A DNA stretch of 64,000 nucleotides, taken from Octopus sinensis (Eukaryota). The stretch's first letter is position 1. Every line of letters begins with the position of its first letter. Position numbers and translations under genes: made by a program. Shown in pieces: positions 52,373 through 64,000 of the stretch. The stretch is taken from positions 75,206,001-75,270,000 of the forward strand of contig NC_042999.1 in assembly GCF_006345805.1 (NCBI RefSeq), read 5' to 3'. The notes below the pieces were generated by a model, which was given only the letters and a program-made list of their open reading frames with translations, had not been told where the DNA came from and did not search any database.

Positions 52373-53170
52373 ATGAATATCTCGGCAAAAGAATTTAATA
52401 AGCTCAGAAAATATAAAGATTTGCTAATCGAAATTGAAAAGATGTGGCATTTCAAGACGGTTACAATACCAGTGATTGTAGGAACAATTAGAATGCTCAA
52501 AAAAGGAACTGAAAATTATTTAAGAATGGTCCCTGGGTTACCATCCATGCAGGAAATGCAAAAGATTGTCTTAACTGGTACATCACACGTACTGTGAAGA
52601 GTATTATTGCTGTGAATTTTCTTTCCTTCTTCCCCATTTATTTTATTTGTTTACTATTTTCTTTTTTCTTTGTTTTCTCCTTTTTCTCTATCACATGACT
52701 TTGTGACAGTCTGGTGTGCTTCTTTTAATGGAATACCAATGTATACAGTACGTTTCTCTGCCTTAGGCGTCAGTAAGACACTCAGCAAGGAATGGAAATA
52801 GAATTGAAAGAAGATGCTAATGAAAATAGTGATGATAATAATAATAAATAATAATAATAATAATACAAAGACCTGGAAATAGAGGTAACCAGAATGTGGA
52901 ATCTAAAAACAGAAACAATTCCTATCATAATAGGTGCATTAGACATGATAAAAAAATATTCAGACAAATACATAACAAAAACACCAAGACTTACAAACAC
53001 ATATAACATACAGAAAATTGCACTACTAGGCACTGCACACATCCTACGCAGAACACTTTCCATACAATAACCATCAGAGCATCACAACAAATCACAGCAC
53101 ATACCCAAGGCACACAGAGCTGTGCTCGGTAGTGAAGTGAAAGCACGCTATAAAAAATATACTACTGAAT
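52373..53170 (+). mobile_element. Two 3' fragments of restriction-like-endonuclease non-LTR elements (R4/Dong-like)
   Basis: KYKDLLIEIEKMW..TIPVIVG (52373-52597) and YKDLEIEVTRMW..TIPIIIGAL (~52863-53070); the second is flanked by (TAA)n on both sides. Confidence 0.75.
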
Positions 53171-53384
53171 AATAATAATAATAATAATAATAATTTATTC
53201 ATGGTTATCTATCCACAAAAAATGAGCGATGGACAGATAACAATAAAATGAACAAAACCCACAATATGTGCTATAGAAGACTGATTTCTAACAGAAGAAC
53301 ACAACCTGCACTGCACAAACAACACAATACAAAAACTAATACAACAGAAGACTCAACCCAAACCCCATAACAAAACACACGTCA

Positions 53385-55415
53385 TTATCATCATCATCAT
53401 CATTTAGCGTCCGCTTTCCATGCTAGCATGGGTTGGACGGTTCAACTGGGGTCTGTGAAGCCAGAAGGATGCATCAGGCCCAGTCTGATCTGGCAGTGTT
53501 TCTACGGCTGGATGCCCTTCCTAATGCCAACCACTCCGTGAGTGTAGTGGGTGCTTTTTACGTGCCACCCGCACAGGTGCCAGACGGAGCTGGCAAATGG
53601 CCACAAACGGATGGTGCTTTTTACGTGTCACTAGCACGGGGGCCAGGCGTGGCTGGCAACGGCCATGAATGGATGGTGCTTTTTACGTGCCACCGGAACG
53701 AGGCCAGTCGATGTGGCGCTGACAACGGCCACGAATGGATGGTGGTGCCAGACGAGTCTGGCAAACGGCCACGAACAGATGGTGCTTTTTACGTGCCACC
53801 GGCATGAGGCCAGTCGGTGCGGCGCTGGCAACGGCCACGAACGGATGGTGCTTTTCACGTGCCACCGGCACGAGGGCCAGGCATGGCTGGCAACGGCCAC
53901 GAATGGATGGTGCTTTTTACATGCCACCGGCACGAGGCCAGTCGGGGCGGCGCTGGCAACGGCCACATTCGGATGGATCTCTTACGTGCCACCAGCACTG
54001 GTAACTCAGCTGCAATTTCCATTGATCGATTTCAATTCTGATTCACACTTGCCTCAACAGGTCTTCACAAGTAGAGTTTTGTGTCCCAAGAAGGGAAGGT
54101 ATGCATAAGTGGGCTGACTACATCCCATGTAGAAGGCCACGGGTTATGGTCTCACTTGTCCTGCCAGGTCTTCTCGCGCACAGCATACTTCCAGAGGTCT
54201 CGGTCTCTAGTCATTTCCTCAGTGAGACCTAAAGTTCGAAGGTCGTGCTTCACCACCTCATCCCAGGTTTTCCTGGGTCTGCCTCTTCCACAGGTTCCCT
54301 CAACCGCTAGGGTGTGGCACTTTTTCACACAACTATCTTCATCATTTCTCGCCACATGTCCATACCAGCGCAAACGTCTCTCTTGCACACCACATCTGAT
54401 GCTTCTTAGGTCCAGCTTTTCTCTCAAGGTACTTACACTCTGTCGAGTATGAGTACTGACATTACACATCCATCGGAGCATACTGGCTTCATTTCTTGCG
54501 AGCTTACGCATATCCTCAGCAGTCATGGCCCATTTTTCACTGCCATGTAGCATGGCTGTTCGTACACACGCGTCATACAGTCTGCCTTTTACTCTGAGCG
54601 AGAGGCCTTTTGTCACCAGCAGAGGTAAGAGCTCTCTGAACTTTGCCCAAGCTATTCTTATTCTAGCAGTTACACTTTCAGCACACCCGCCCCCGCTGCT
54701 GACTTGGTCACCTAGATAACGGATGCTATCAACTATTTCTAGTTTTTCTCCCTGGAAAGTGACAGAAGTTGGTCTCAGAGCATTTTCAGTGTTTATTGTT
54801 CCTGAGCATCTGCCACATACAAAAACCATCTTCCTAGTTAGCCTTCCTTTGACATTGCTGCACCTCTTATGTGTCCATAGCTTACACTTGGTGCATCTTA
54901 TAGAGTTTCTACCTACACCTTTTCTACAGATCGAGCAGGGCCATCTACCTGAAGGCGTTTGTGATTTGTCTACCCTCCTACTTATTACGACTTTGGTTTT
55001 AGCTAGATTGACTCTAAGGCCCTTCAATTCTAATCCTTGCTTCCACACCTGAAACTTCTCCAGTTCTGATAGTATCTCAGCAATTAGAGCAAGGTCATCA
55101 GCATAGAGGAGCTCCCAAGGGCATCCTGTCTTGAATTCCTCCGTTATTGCCTGGAGGACTATGATAAATAGGAGGGGGCTGAGGACTGAGCCTTGGTGGA
55201 CCCCTACCTCTACCCAGAATTCTTCACTGTACTCATTGCCAACCCTCACCTTACTATCAGCGTCCCTGTACATGGCTCGCACAGCTCTCACTAACCATTC
55301 ATCTATCCCTAGTTTCCTCATTGACCACCAGATAAGGGATCGGGGGACCCTGTCGAAGGCTTTCTCCATGTCAACAAAAGCCAGGTACAGGGGCTTATCT
55401 TTGGCTAGGTATTTG
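53385..55415 (-). mobile_element. 5'-truncated RTE-clade LINE, open RT C-terminal half (ORF 54152-55489) plus repeat-rich 3' UTR
   Basis: AFVDMEKAFDRV, GVHQGSVLSPLLF, YADDL, RYLG, RRLRWYGHVAR, RGRPRKTW; (GAT)n tail at ~53385-53403. Confidence 0.93.
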
Positions 55416-55699
55416 TCCCTTTCCTTATTGGTAATGTATAATACAATATTCCCCTGAAGGACAAAAAATAAAAACAGAATGCAGTACACACTTCACCAGC
55501 TCAGAAGTGAAGCCAGTGATGCAGTAGAAAGTTACTTGAAACTATCAGATGTCAAATCATAATCGTAGTGGTAATGATGATGGTGATGAATGTTACCTTA
55601 CCTCAGTTTATGAGAGATGAGTTTGTGTAGAAACTCTGATTGTAATAGCAAAAATGAGGTTAGACCTTTAAGAAAGACATCTCGCCCAGTAATGGTTCA

Positions 55700-58260
55700 G
55701 TGAAGATGCAGACTGACCACAACTGTTACTTTGAGAGAGCATCAGCAGATAATAGAGTAAGGGGGAGGAATTGGACCAGCAAGGAAAACAAGATAGTGAT
55801 GCAGTGCTACTTAGAAAGTGAACTTAAAAGAAGGGGTTATAGAAAACAGATGTCAACACTTTGGGTGGAGAAGGGTATGTTTAAAGTGACAAGTAGATGA
55901 AGCTAATGCTATTTAGAATGGATGATAGAATTGGAGGTTAAAGAGATCACAAGAGGACTGGAAAAGAAAGACCAGGCAGTAGGAAACACAAACAACAACA
56001 TAAGAGATACAGTTCAAATCAAAGAAGAATCTAAAGGAAAAAATAATAACATTACCAATAAGGAAAGGGACAAATGGTACCAGCAATTTAAGTGAGGAAG
56101 ATCAGAAAATTTTAGATGAGTTGTAAGTAATGAGAAAAGAAGTAAGGAAAAGATTGCCAGCATTGTGGTGCATATGAGCACTGTATACAATAATTTCAAT
56201 ATTATTATTATTTAAAATGTACCAACAGAATTAAGCTGCTAGATATGACTAGGAAAGTAGATTATGTTAGTAGGGTAGATACTAAAAATATGGGTGACAC
56301 TAGCTTATGCAGGTGGAGTAGTACTTACTAGAAGATTAGACATTTCACTAGAGAAGATTAGAAAAGAGCAAATGTGGAAAAGGATATTACAAAATAAACT
56401 GAAGACAAGATCTGAGTAGAACAGAAGCCTGGAAACTGAAGCAGTTAGGAAACATAAGATGTAAATCTTCTCTTGAGAGAAGATACTTAGTCACAGTAAA
56501 AGGATTTGGGACAGTCATAGAAGAGTTGAAATAGCATATCATAGCAATAGCAGGTGAGCTTTCCAGATATCAAGAAACAATAGGGCAGTATCAACAGAAC
56601 AGATTATTTGAGACAGACCAGAGGAGCTTTTATAACCAACTATATAGTGGAGATAAGAAACAAAGCAGAAGAAACTAGAAAGTTTTGGAGTAATATTTAG
56701 GATAAGCCAGTCAATCATAATGGAGATCCAGTATGGTTAAAGAAAGTGAGTGAGAAGCATCAAGATCTAAGATTAACTAGAGCATTGATGAGTAAAGTAT
56801 TAAGAAAAACGCTGAACTGGAAGGGCCTAGGACCAGATTTAGTTCAAGGGTACTTGTTAAAGAAATTTAGTAGTTTACATGGGAGACTGAGGGAACAACT
56901 CCAGGATTGCTTTAATGGGGAAAAATACCAGATTGGATAACTAGAGGGAGAACAATACTCCTTATGAAAGACAAAAGCAAGGGTAATGCAGCTAGCAGTT
57001 ATAAACTAATCACTTGCTTATCATTAGTGTGGAAGCTGTTAACAGGAATGCTTTCAGAAAGCATTTACAAACACCTTGACAACCAGAATTTACTGCAAGA
57101 AGAACAGAAAGATTTGCCGGAAGAAGGCTAGAGGAAGTCATGATCTATTATACATAAACAAAGCATTTCTAAATGAAGTAAAAGATAGAAAGAAAAATCT
57201 AGCAATAACCATGGATTGATTATAGGAAAGCCTATGACATGATCCCACACTCATGGATAAGTGAATGTTTGAGTATATTCAGTATAACAGACAACATAAG
57301 AGAAGTTTAGCATGAAGAAATGGAAAGTAGATCTCTACTAAGGTGACGCAGTTTTAGGGAAAGTTAATATCAAGGGAGGAATTATCCCCTTTGATATTTA
57401 TTTTATGCTTGATCACCCTCAGTTTAGTATTAAGGACGGTCAAGGTAGGGTTCAGAAATAGTAAGGGAGAAATTAACCGTTTGCTCTAAATAGATGATCT
57501 GAAGCTTTTTAGTAAGAATGAAAAAGAGATAGATTCCTTAATACAGACTGTGAGACTCTTCAGCAAAGATATAGGCATGAAATTTGGCATAAATAAATGT
57601 GCAATATTAGTTATGAAAGAGGTACTGTAGTCAACAGTGAAGGCCTCCAGTTAACAGATAGCCAGGCATTAAAGTCATTGAAAGAAGGAGAGAGTTATAA
57701 GTATCTAGGAGTATTAGAATCTGACAGAATACTAACAATAGAAATGAAAATTGAGGAGTACACGGAAGGTAATGAAGTCAAAGCTAAATGGTCCGAATCT
57801 AGTGAAGGCTGTAACTACTTGTGTAGTATCATTACTTCGATACTCAGCAGCTTTTGTAGATTGGACAAAAAACTGAATTAGCAAAGCTACACAGAAGAAT
57901 TAGGAAGGAATTCAATATGAATGGAGGACTCCACCCAAGGGCAGGTGTAGCAAGATTATACTTACCTAGAAAAGGTGGAAGAATGCTAATATCAGTAGAA
58001 GACTGCATGAAGTTAGCTTGAGTAGATATAGATTCTTATGTAGGTAATAGTGAAGAAAGTTTATTAAGAGCTGCTAGAGTCACAGCAAAACAGGGTAACC
58101 AAAGACCCAAATGAAGTTAAAAACCAGATAAAAAGAACATAAATTATCTGACTAGCAGGAGAAGGCATTGCATGGTAGATTCTCAAAGATAGTTGCAGCA
58201 AATAGTAGTAGTGAGACATGGTTATGGTAGCAGAAAGGAAAGATGAAAATGGAGACAGTT
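55700..58260 (+). mobile_element. Degenerate R4/NeSL-type non-LTR retrotransposon
   Basis: Broken frames with NWKGLGPDLVQGY, ITCL..VWKLLT, KAYDMIPHSWI, DDLKLF, YKYLGVLE, LHPRAGVARLYLPR motifs. Confidence 0.8.
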
Positions 58261-58957
58261 TGTTAGTAGTAACATTGGATAAAAGCCAAGATAGACAAGT
58301 TTGATTATTTTTTTACCTAATCAGAAAACAGGATTTGGTTGCTGGGATTTCCTGCGGAGTTGCTGTCTACTCCAACATGAGACAAACCATTATTAGTTTG
58401 TGTAAACAATATTTTGTAGCAAAAAATTAAAAATGAAAGACACACTCTTGGAGTTTGTCAAGCAAATAGCAATTTGTGTATCTCCTATCACAAACCCAGT
58501 GTTCAGGTGGTGCTCTTCCTTGGTTGTATTTACGTCTTGAGAAGACTGTTTTGTCTATCTCAGCAATGTTTCCATAGCAGACAATGCCTTAGCTTGTTAC
58601 ATTAAATTGGGCACAAATATGTTTGTGCCTTTCGATTGGCTAAATTTACCCAAAATTTGCGAACTGTAAATGTTAGTAACTTATTTGATTTATTACAAAA
58701 ATGAACTTCCTTTTCATAATTAGCATACAAAACTACATCAATATACCAAATTTGAAATTAATTGGAACAAAATTAAAGGAATTGAAAAGTAAGGACCAAA
58801 TAGAAAAGATCCAAAATATGTATTAGGGTTGATTCGTTTGATTAATACTTCTTCAAGGTGGTACCCCAGTATGGCCACAGTCTAATGACTAAAACAAATA
58901 AAAGATAAAAGAAAGTTTTATATATATATATATTGACACAAACATATATATATATAT

Positions 58958-59175
58958 ATTTCGGTCATATTATGCGGAGAAAATCCCTGGAGAAGGACAT
59001 CATGCTCAGAATGATCAGTGGCAAGAGAGGAAGAGGCTGACCAAGAACCCGCTGGCTTGACACCATCAAGAGTGATACCGGAATGGACATAGCCAATCTG
59101 AAAGAAGCGGCCCAGGATAGAACTGACTGGAGGACACTGATCCAATGAGTAACCGAGAGTCGACTTCGACTGAGC
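58958..59175 (+). mobile_element. RTE/BovB-like LINE 3' fragment
   Basis: Translates FGHIMRRKSLEKDIML..GKRGRG*PRTRWLDTIK; flanked by (TA)n. Confidence 0.7.
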
Positions 59176-59939
59176 GAATAGATAGATATATATATATATG
59201 CATGCCTGTATATATGGGTGTATCTATGTACATATGTGTATGCAAGGAGGTTATAAATTGGCAGAGACATGAAAGCGTCGGTTAAATGTTTTGAGGTATT
59301 CCTTCTGATTCTATTTTCTGAGTTTAAAATCTTGCAGTGGTTAAATTAGCATTTCATCATTTCAAGGTCAGTGAATTGCATGAAGTGTAAGAGCAATGGA
59401 TGATATGCTTTAGTCTATCTCTTCCAGCCTTCTGCGTTCTGAATTCCAGGACCCACTCCATGTGTAGCTTCTCAAATAAAAAAAAAACACTACCAGAACT
59501 CGGACATATTTAAATCCACGGACGCATACATGTAAATAAACACACAGACACACTAGTGCATGCACACAGAGGCAAACAAACAAACACTCTGACATATATG
59601 AACAGATGATTTGTTCCTCATCGTTCAATGATTGAGGATTCTGTTGTTCAATCACTTGAATTATCTGTTTCTGGATTAACATAGCAACAGCTGAACAGTC
59701 TACAGATACTCAAGCAGTGTGACACAGTGTATAACAAGATCGCATCTGTTTGAATTTCAAGTAAAATCCATCCAATCTACAGGCTTCTGTAGAGTTTCTA
59801 TGCATCTAATTTCATCCACAAAGAATGGATTACATTGTGTGTGTGGAAAAATGACATTTGACGAAGATTTTATGCAGTGTGATTAAAACGGGATCTTATA
59901 GTTTTGTAGTGACTCTCAACAATTTGGCCATAATGTAAT

Positions 59940-59992
<53 letters not shown>

Positions 59993-62900
59993 GGTGTTTG
60001 AAAAGGATTAATGAAAGAGCTCACACACTAGAAAAAAACTTCCCCAAAAAAGGTTAGTAACATTCGCATTTTCATAACATTTGTTTTTAAAAATAGACAG
60101 CTGATGTCACAGACCACCTCGGACTTTTGCACAGAAAATTCCAGGTACTTGGACACACTACATGATGTCTCATGGATAAACTTTATACATTCACAGAGCA
60201 GTTTTTCTCTCCTTCTGGAGCTGGGGTGTTTATGTTCCCATAACTTAGTGGTTCAGCAAAAGAGGCGGATAAAGTAAGCATTGGGCTTTAATAAAATAAG
60301 TACAGAGGATGATACATTTGACTAAAATTTTAAGGCGGTGCCCCAGCATGGCTGCAATCAAATGACAGAAACAAGTAAAGGAATAAAAGTATATATATAT
60401 ATCATCATCATCATCATCGTTTAACGTCCGTTTTCCATGCTAGCATGGGTTGGACAGTTCAGCTGGGGTCTGGGAAGCCCGAAGGCTGCACCAGGCCGTC
60501 TGATCTGGCAGTATTTCTACAGCTGGATGCCCTTCCTAATGCCAACCACTCCGTGAGTGTAGTAGGTGCATTTTACGTACCACCTGCACAGGTGCCAGAC
60601 GAGGCTGGCAAACGGCCACGATCGGATGCCAACCTTGTCTATATATATATCATCATTATCCAACCCATACCATGCTGGTATGGGTTGGATAATTTGACAG
60701 GATCTGACTGCGTTGTGTTTAATGTCTGCTTTGGCATGGTTTGTATTGCTGGATGCCCTTACTAATGCCAACCACTTTAAAGAGTGGATTGTATTTTTTT
60801 TCCTGACATCAGTACTAGTGAGATTGCCATGTAGCTCATAAGACTAAGATCTCCTTCAACTTAGTGAGATTGCAATAGAGAGGAAGGTAGTTTTATGTAT
60901 GAGAAGGGGCCAAATCAGAATAGGTTTCTTTATGTAGAAGAGCTATATGTCCACTTACAATATAGAAGAGAGGGTAGGAAAAACCAGGGTGGATTTCGAG
61001 AGAGACATAAATAGTTGTGTGATGTGTTGGGGTGGATCATTAAGGTATGAAGTAAGTGGAAATTGTAGGTAGGTAGAGGTTACAGGAGTGTATGGGCAGA
61101 GACAGTGGATAGGAGAAGAGGAAAGTAGAAGGTAAGTGACAGTACAGAAAGGGGTGAAGAGTAGCAACAGATTAGTAATAATATAGCAAATGGGGAAAAG
61201 ATGGGAGAAAGAGAAAGAGTGAGAGAGATAGTTCAGTTGGTTGCAAGAATGTGAAGCAGGGAGACAGGCATGATGTTTGGTGCAACTGAGAGTATAGAAA
61301 AAAGTGAGAGGATTTCATCCAACACCTTTCATTGTCAAGATTAAAGAAAACAGTTTCAAGAGAAATCCCCTTTCTCTTATGTGCAGCTATGTGACAGCAT
61401 GCATCATTGAAATTGTCAAGTCTGCATAATTCACCTCATCCACTGCTGAAGGACTTTGAAAAACCAATACAGAAAAAAAACTGGTTGTTTGATTCTTTTC
61501 CTTAAATACTACATTGTTAAAGAGTATTAGTTATGAGGCATAATGTACTTGGGCATCATTATAATCTCTATGGTGTACAGGTACATTATGTATCTGTACA
61601 CCAGAGATTACAATGACAAACACTTATATATCACAAATACCTATTTTTTTACTACCCACAAGGGGCTAAACACAGGATAAAGAAACGGATTAAGTCGATT
61701 ATATCGACTCCAGTGCGTAACTGGTATTTATTTAATCGACCCAGAAAGGATGAAAGGCAAAGTCGACCTTGGCGTAATTTGAACTCAGAACGTAACGGCA
61801 GACGAAATACTGCTAAGCATTTTGCTCAGCAAGCTAACGTTTCTGCCAGCTTGCAGCCATATATAGTGATATATCACAAATACCACTAAGTATTAGCTAT
61901 CTCAGTAACAAAGAAAAAAAAAAAACTGACTGGTGCAGGTATTTCTGTATGACTAGAAACTTAGCAATCATGTTGCTCCACATTTGATACTGTTGGATGG
62001 TACATTAAATATTTTACACTTATAGCTTTTAGTTACCCTAAGTCTTGTGTGTGGATCTATGGAAAACAGTTAGATACACTGTACCTGTTCTTGGTTTGTA
62101 GCCTTTACCTGTCACCTAGTTCACTAGTAACACCATTATGTGGATCTTGGGTGCTTTTGTCAGAGGTCATTTGGTTGCAAACATTTAAACAGTCAGACCA
62201 ATTGTGATGATAACAGGATTTGAGTTGTGTAATTTTCTGCAGATGCTACCATTGAATTGTACATTATTCCTCTCTTAACCTCACCAGTATCAGTTGTCTA
62301 ACAGAATGTTATGGACACTGTACTTCTTCCTCTGCAGTGCCTACTTATTGAAGAAGCCGGCTCAACCCGCCCTGGGTGAATGCTGTCACAAAACAAAAAC
62401 TACTTACTGTTAAAAAAACTGGTTATTGAGAGTAAAATGTTTTGGTTGTGGATGCAGCTTATAATACAAGTCCCTTTACTCATTTAAATACCCAAAAGGT
62501 ACTACTGAAGACTTCATGTAGAGTATCTCAAATAAATCAGTTTGGCAGAGAGTATTCCTCTCTAAGCTATAACAGGAGGGATTAAGTGTCTATGATATTG
62601 GCACAACATAACACCCATGTTTGATATGATCCATAGAGTGACTCACAGGTTGTTCAGTATCCCATCATCTTGCCTATCTGGACTTCCCACTTGCAATGTA
62701 AGTGAAATTAGGTGGTTACAGTTATAATCTGAAATTACAACAGCTATTTCCAATACTTTAAAATTTTTAATGTAAGAATTAATACTAAGTTGAATAGTAA
62801 ACCACTGGTAAGCCCAATTCGCAATTCTATTTTGATTTCTGGCTGACCTCAACAGACTACAGTTATATGATGTAATAACTATAAACAACAGCTTGGAAGC

Positions 62901-63160
62901 AAACAGACACATCTTATAACAGTAAGCTACAAGGTTACAGAGCATTGTCAGTTTCAATTAATTGAAAACTTAGCAAAATTTAATGTTAGGAAGATGTGAT
63001 TGCATTGTTTCACAATAGGAATCACCCCACTATGAATATTGAGAAAATATTGAATAACTCATTCAAAATGTTTGCAGCTTTTGTCAAAGTAAGAAAGTAA
63101 TTATTTAAGAATAGTAACAGTAAAAACAAAAACAAACCATCAAATAAGTATGAAACAAAT

Positions 63161-64000
63161 TTATTTATTTTTTACAATTTTCTTTTTACTGAATACATAC
63201 TTGTTGATAAGAATATAAAGAATAAAGGTTTGAATAAAGAAAAAGACGACACTAGCAAGACAAATATATATAAAAGTGTTGCTACCTTCAAATTCCAAGA
63301 AATAAGCAGGTAGAAGCCATATGCCTTGCCCAAGAAACCAAAGTAGAATTAAAATTAATCCATGAAATACAGTCAGTTGCAGAGAAGGCAGAAGTAAGGG
63401 GAGGAGACAGAGATACCAGAGAAAATATTGGGATGTGCATACTTTGTTAAACATCACAAAAATTACAGTTAAAAGGAACCAGCAGAAGGGTAAGTCAGCA
63501 AAGTATACAAGTGTTATGGCTAAAATTAGAATGATCTGTGGTAGAAAAGTAATGAGGCCAATCAGTGTTGAGTGACTCAAATCTGCTGTAAGATACAGAA
63601 GGTAGAAAAACAGAGAAAAGTTATGCCGAGTATCTTTACGGCTTATGTGGTAGAGATATGCTTCCTGAATAAATGGCCAGTCATAAGCGAAGTAAAAGAT
63701 ACTGGTCAGTGAAGCTAAAGTTAAGATAGAAACTAAGGCAAATAAAATCTGATCAGAGTTGGGTAAAAGAAGATTTTTTATCTTTTGTAGCTTTTTGTTA
63801 GGTTTTGTAAATGATTCAGATGCAAGGTTTAAGTAAATAGATGGAGCATAAATGATTGGATATATTTTGGTGTGTATAGCAATTCCATACAACATAGCTG
63901 CAAAAAATAAATGTCTTTTAAGGCATGTTAGTAAGCTAAAGAGAACTAGGAAAGTTATGATAGATTCAGCATTACCCCGGGTACATATAGTTATAGAAAG
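63161..64000 (-). CDS. PIGM: GPI alpha-1,4-mannosyltransferase I (PIG-M), 5' part outside window
   Basis: Frame open to window end: TRGNAES, H-x-KIYPIIY, YLYHISRKDTRHNFS, FNKVCTSQYFLWY, WLLPAYFLEFEG; hydrophobic multi-pass protein; no intron in the visible 840 bp. Confidence 0.95.
   Translation of the reverse strand, partial: LSITICTRGNAESIITFLVLFSLLTCLKRHLFFAAMLYGIAIHTKIYPIIYAPSIYLNLASESFTKPNKKLQKIKNLLLPNSDQILFALVSILTLASLTSIFYFAYDWPFIQEAYLYHISRKDTRHNFSLFFYLLYLTADLSHSTLIGLITFLPQIILILAITLVYFADLPFCWFLLTVIFVMFNKVCTSQYFLWYLCLLPLLLPSLQLTVFHGLILILLWFLGQGIWLLPAYFLEFEGSNTFIYICLASVVFFFIQTFILYILINKYVFSKKKIVKNK

Overview
AT-rich, intron-containing animal genomic DNA full of microsatellites. The repeat complement suggests a coleoid cephalopod, probably Octopus (inference only). 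Genes: two 5-exon cytosolic sulfotransferase (SULT) paralogues (25456-33371 and 42116-51820, + strand) whose PAPS-binding motifs are both non-canonical, orphan SULT exons, and the 3' part of PIG-M at the right edge (- strand). The first 22.5 kb is unusual. It holds three apparently unrelated ~0.5-kb tandem-repeat families (546 bp, 487 bp, ~500 bp). Each carries one type I hammerhead-ribozyme motif per unit, has an inverted segment at the ribozyme's 5' side, and abuts (TA)n, which fits Penelope-mobilised retrozyme-like elements. They sit in or beside a ~16-kb imperfect palindrome that contains the SULT terminal exon in both orientations and preserves the empty site of one array. The rest is mariner, Helitron, RTE and R4/Dong-like LINE remnants, SINEs and MITEs. 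All alignments and folds were done by eye, so repeat boundaries may be off by a few bases.
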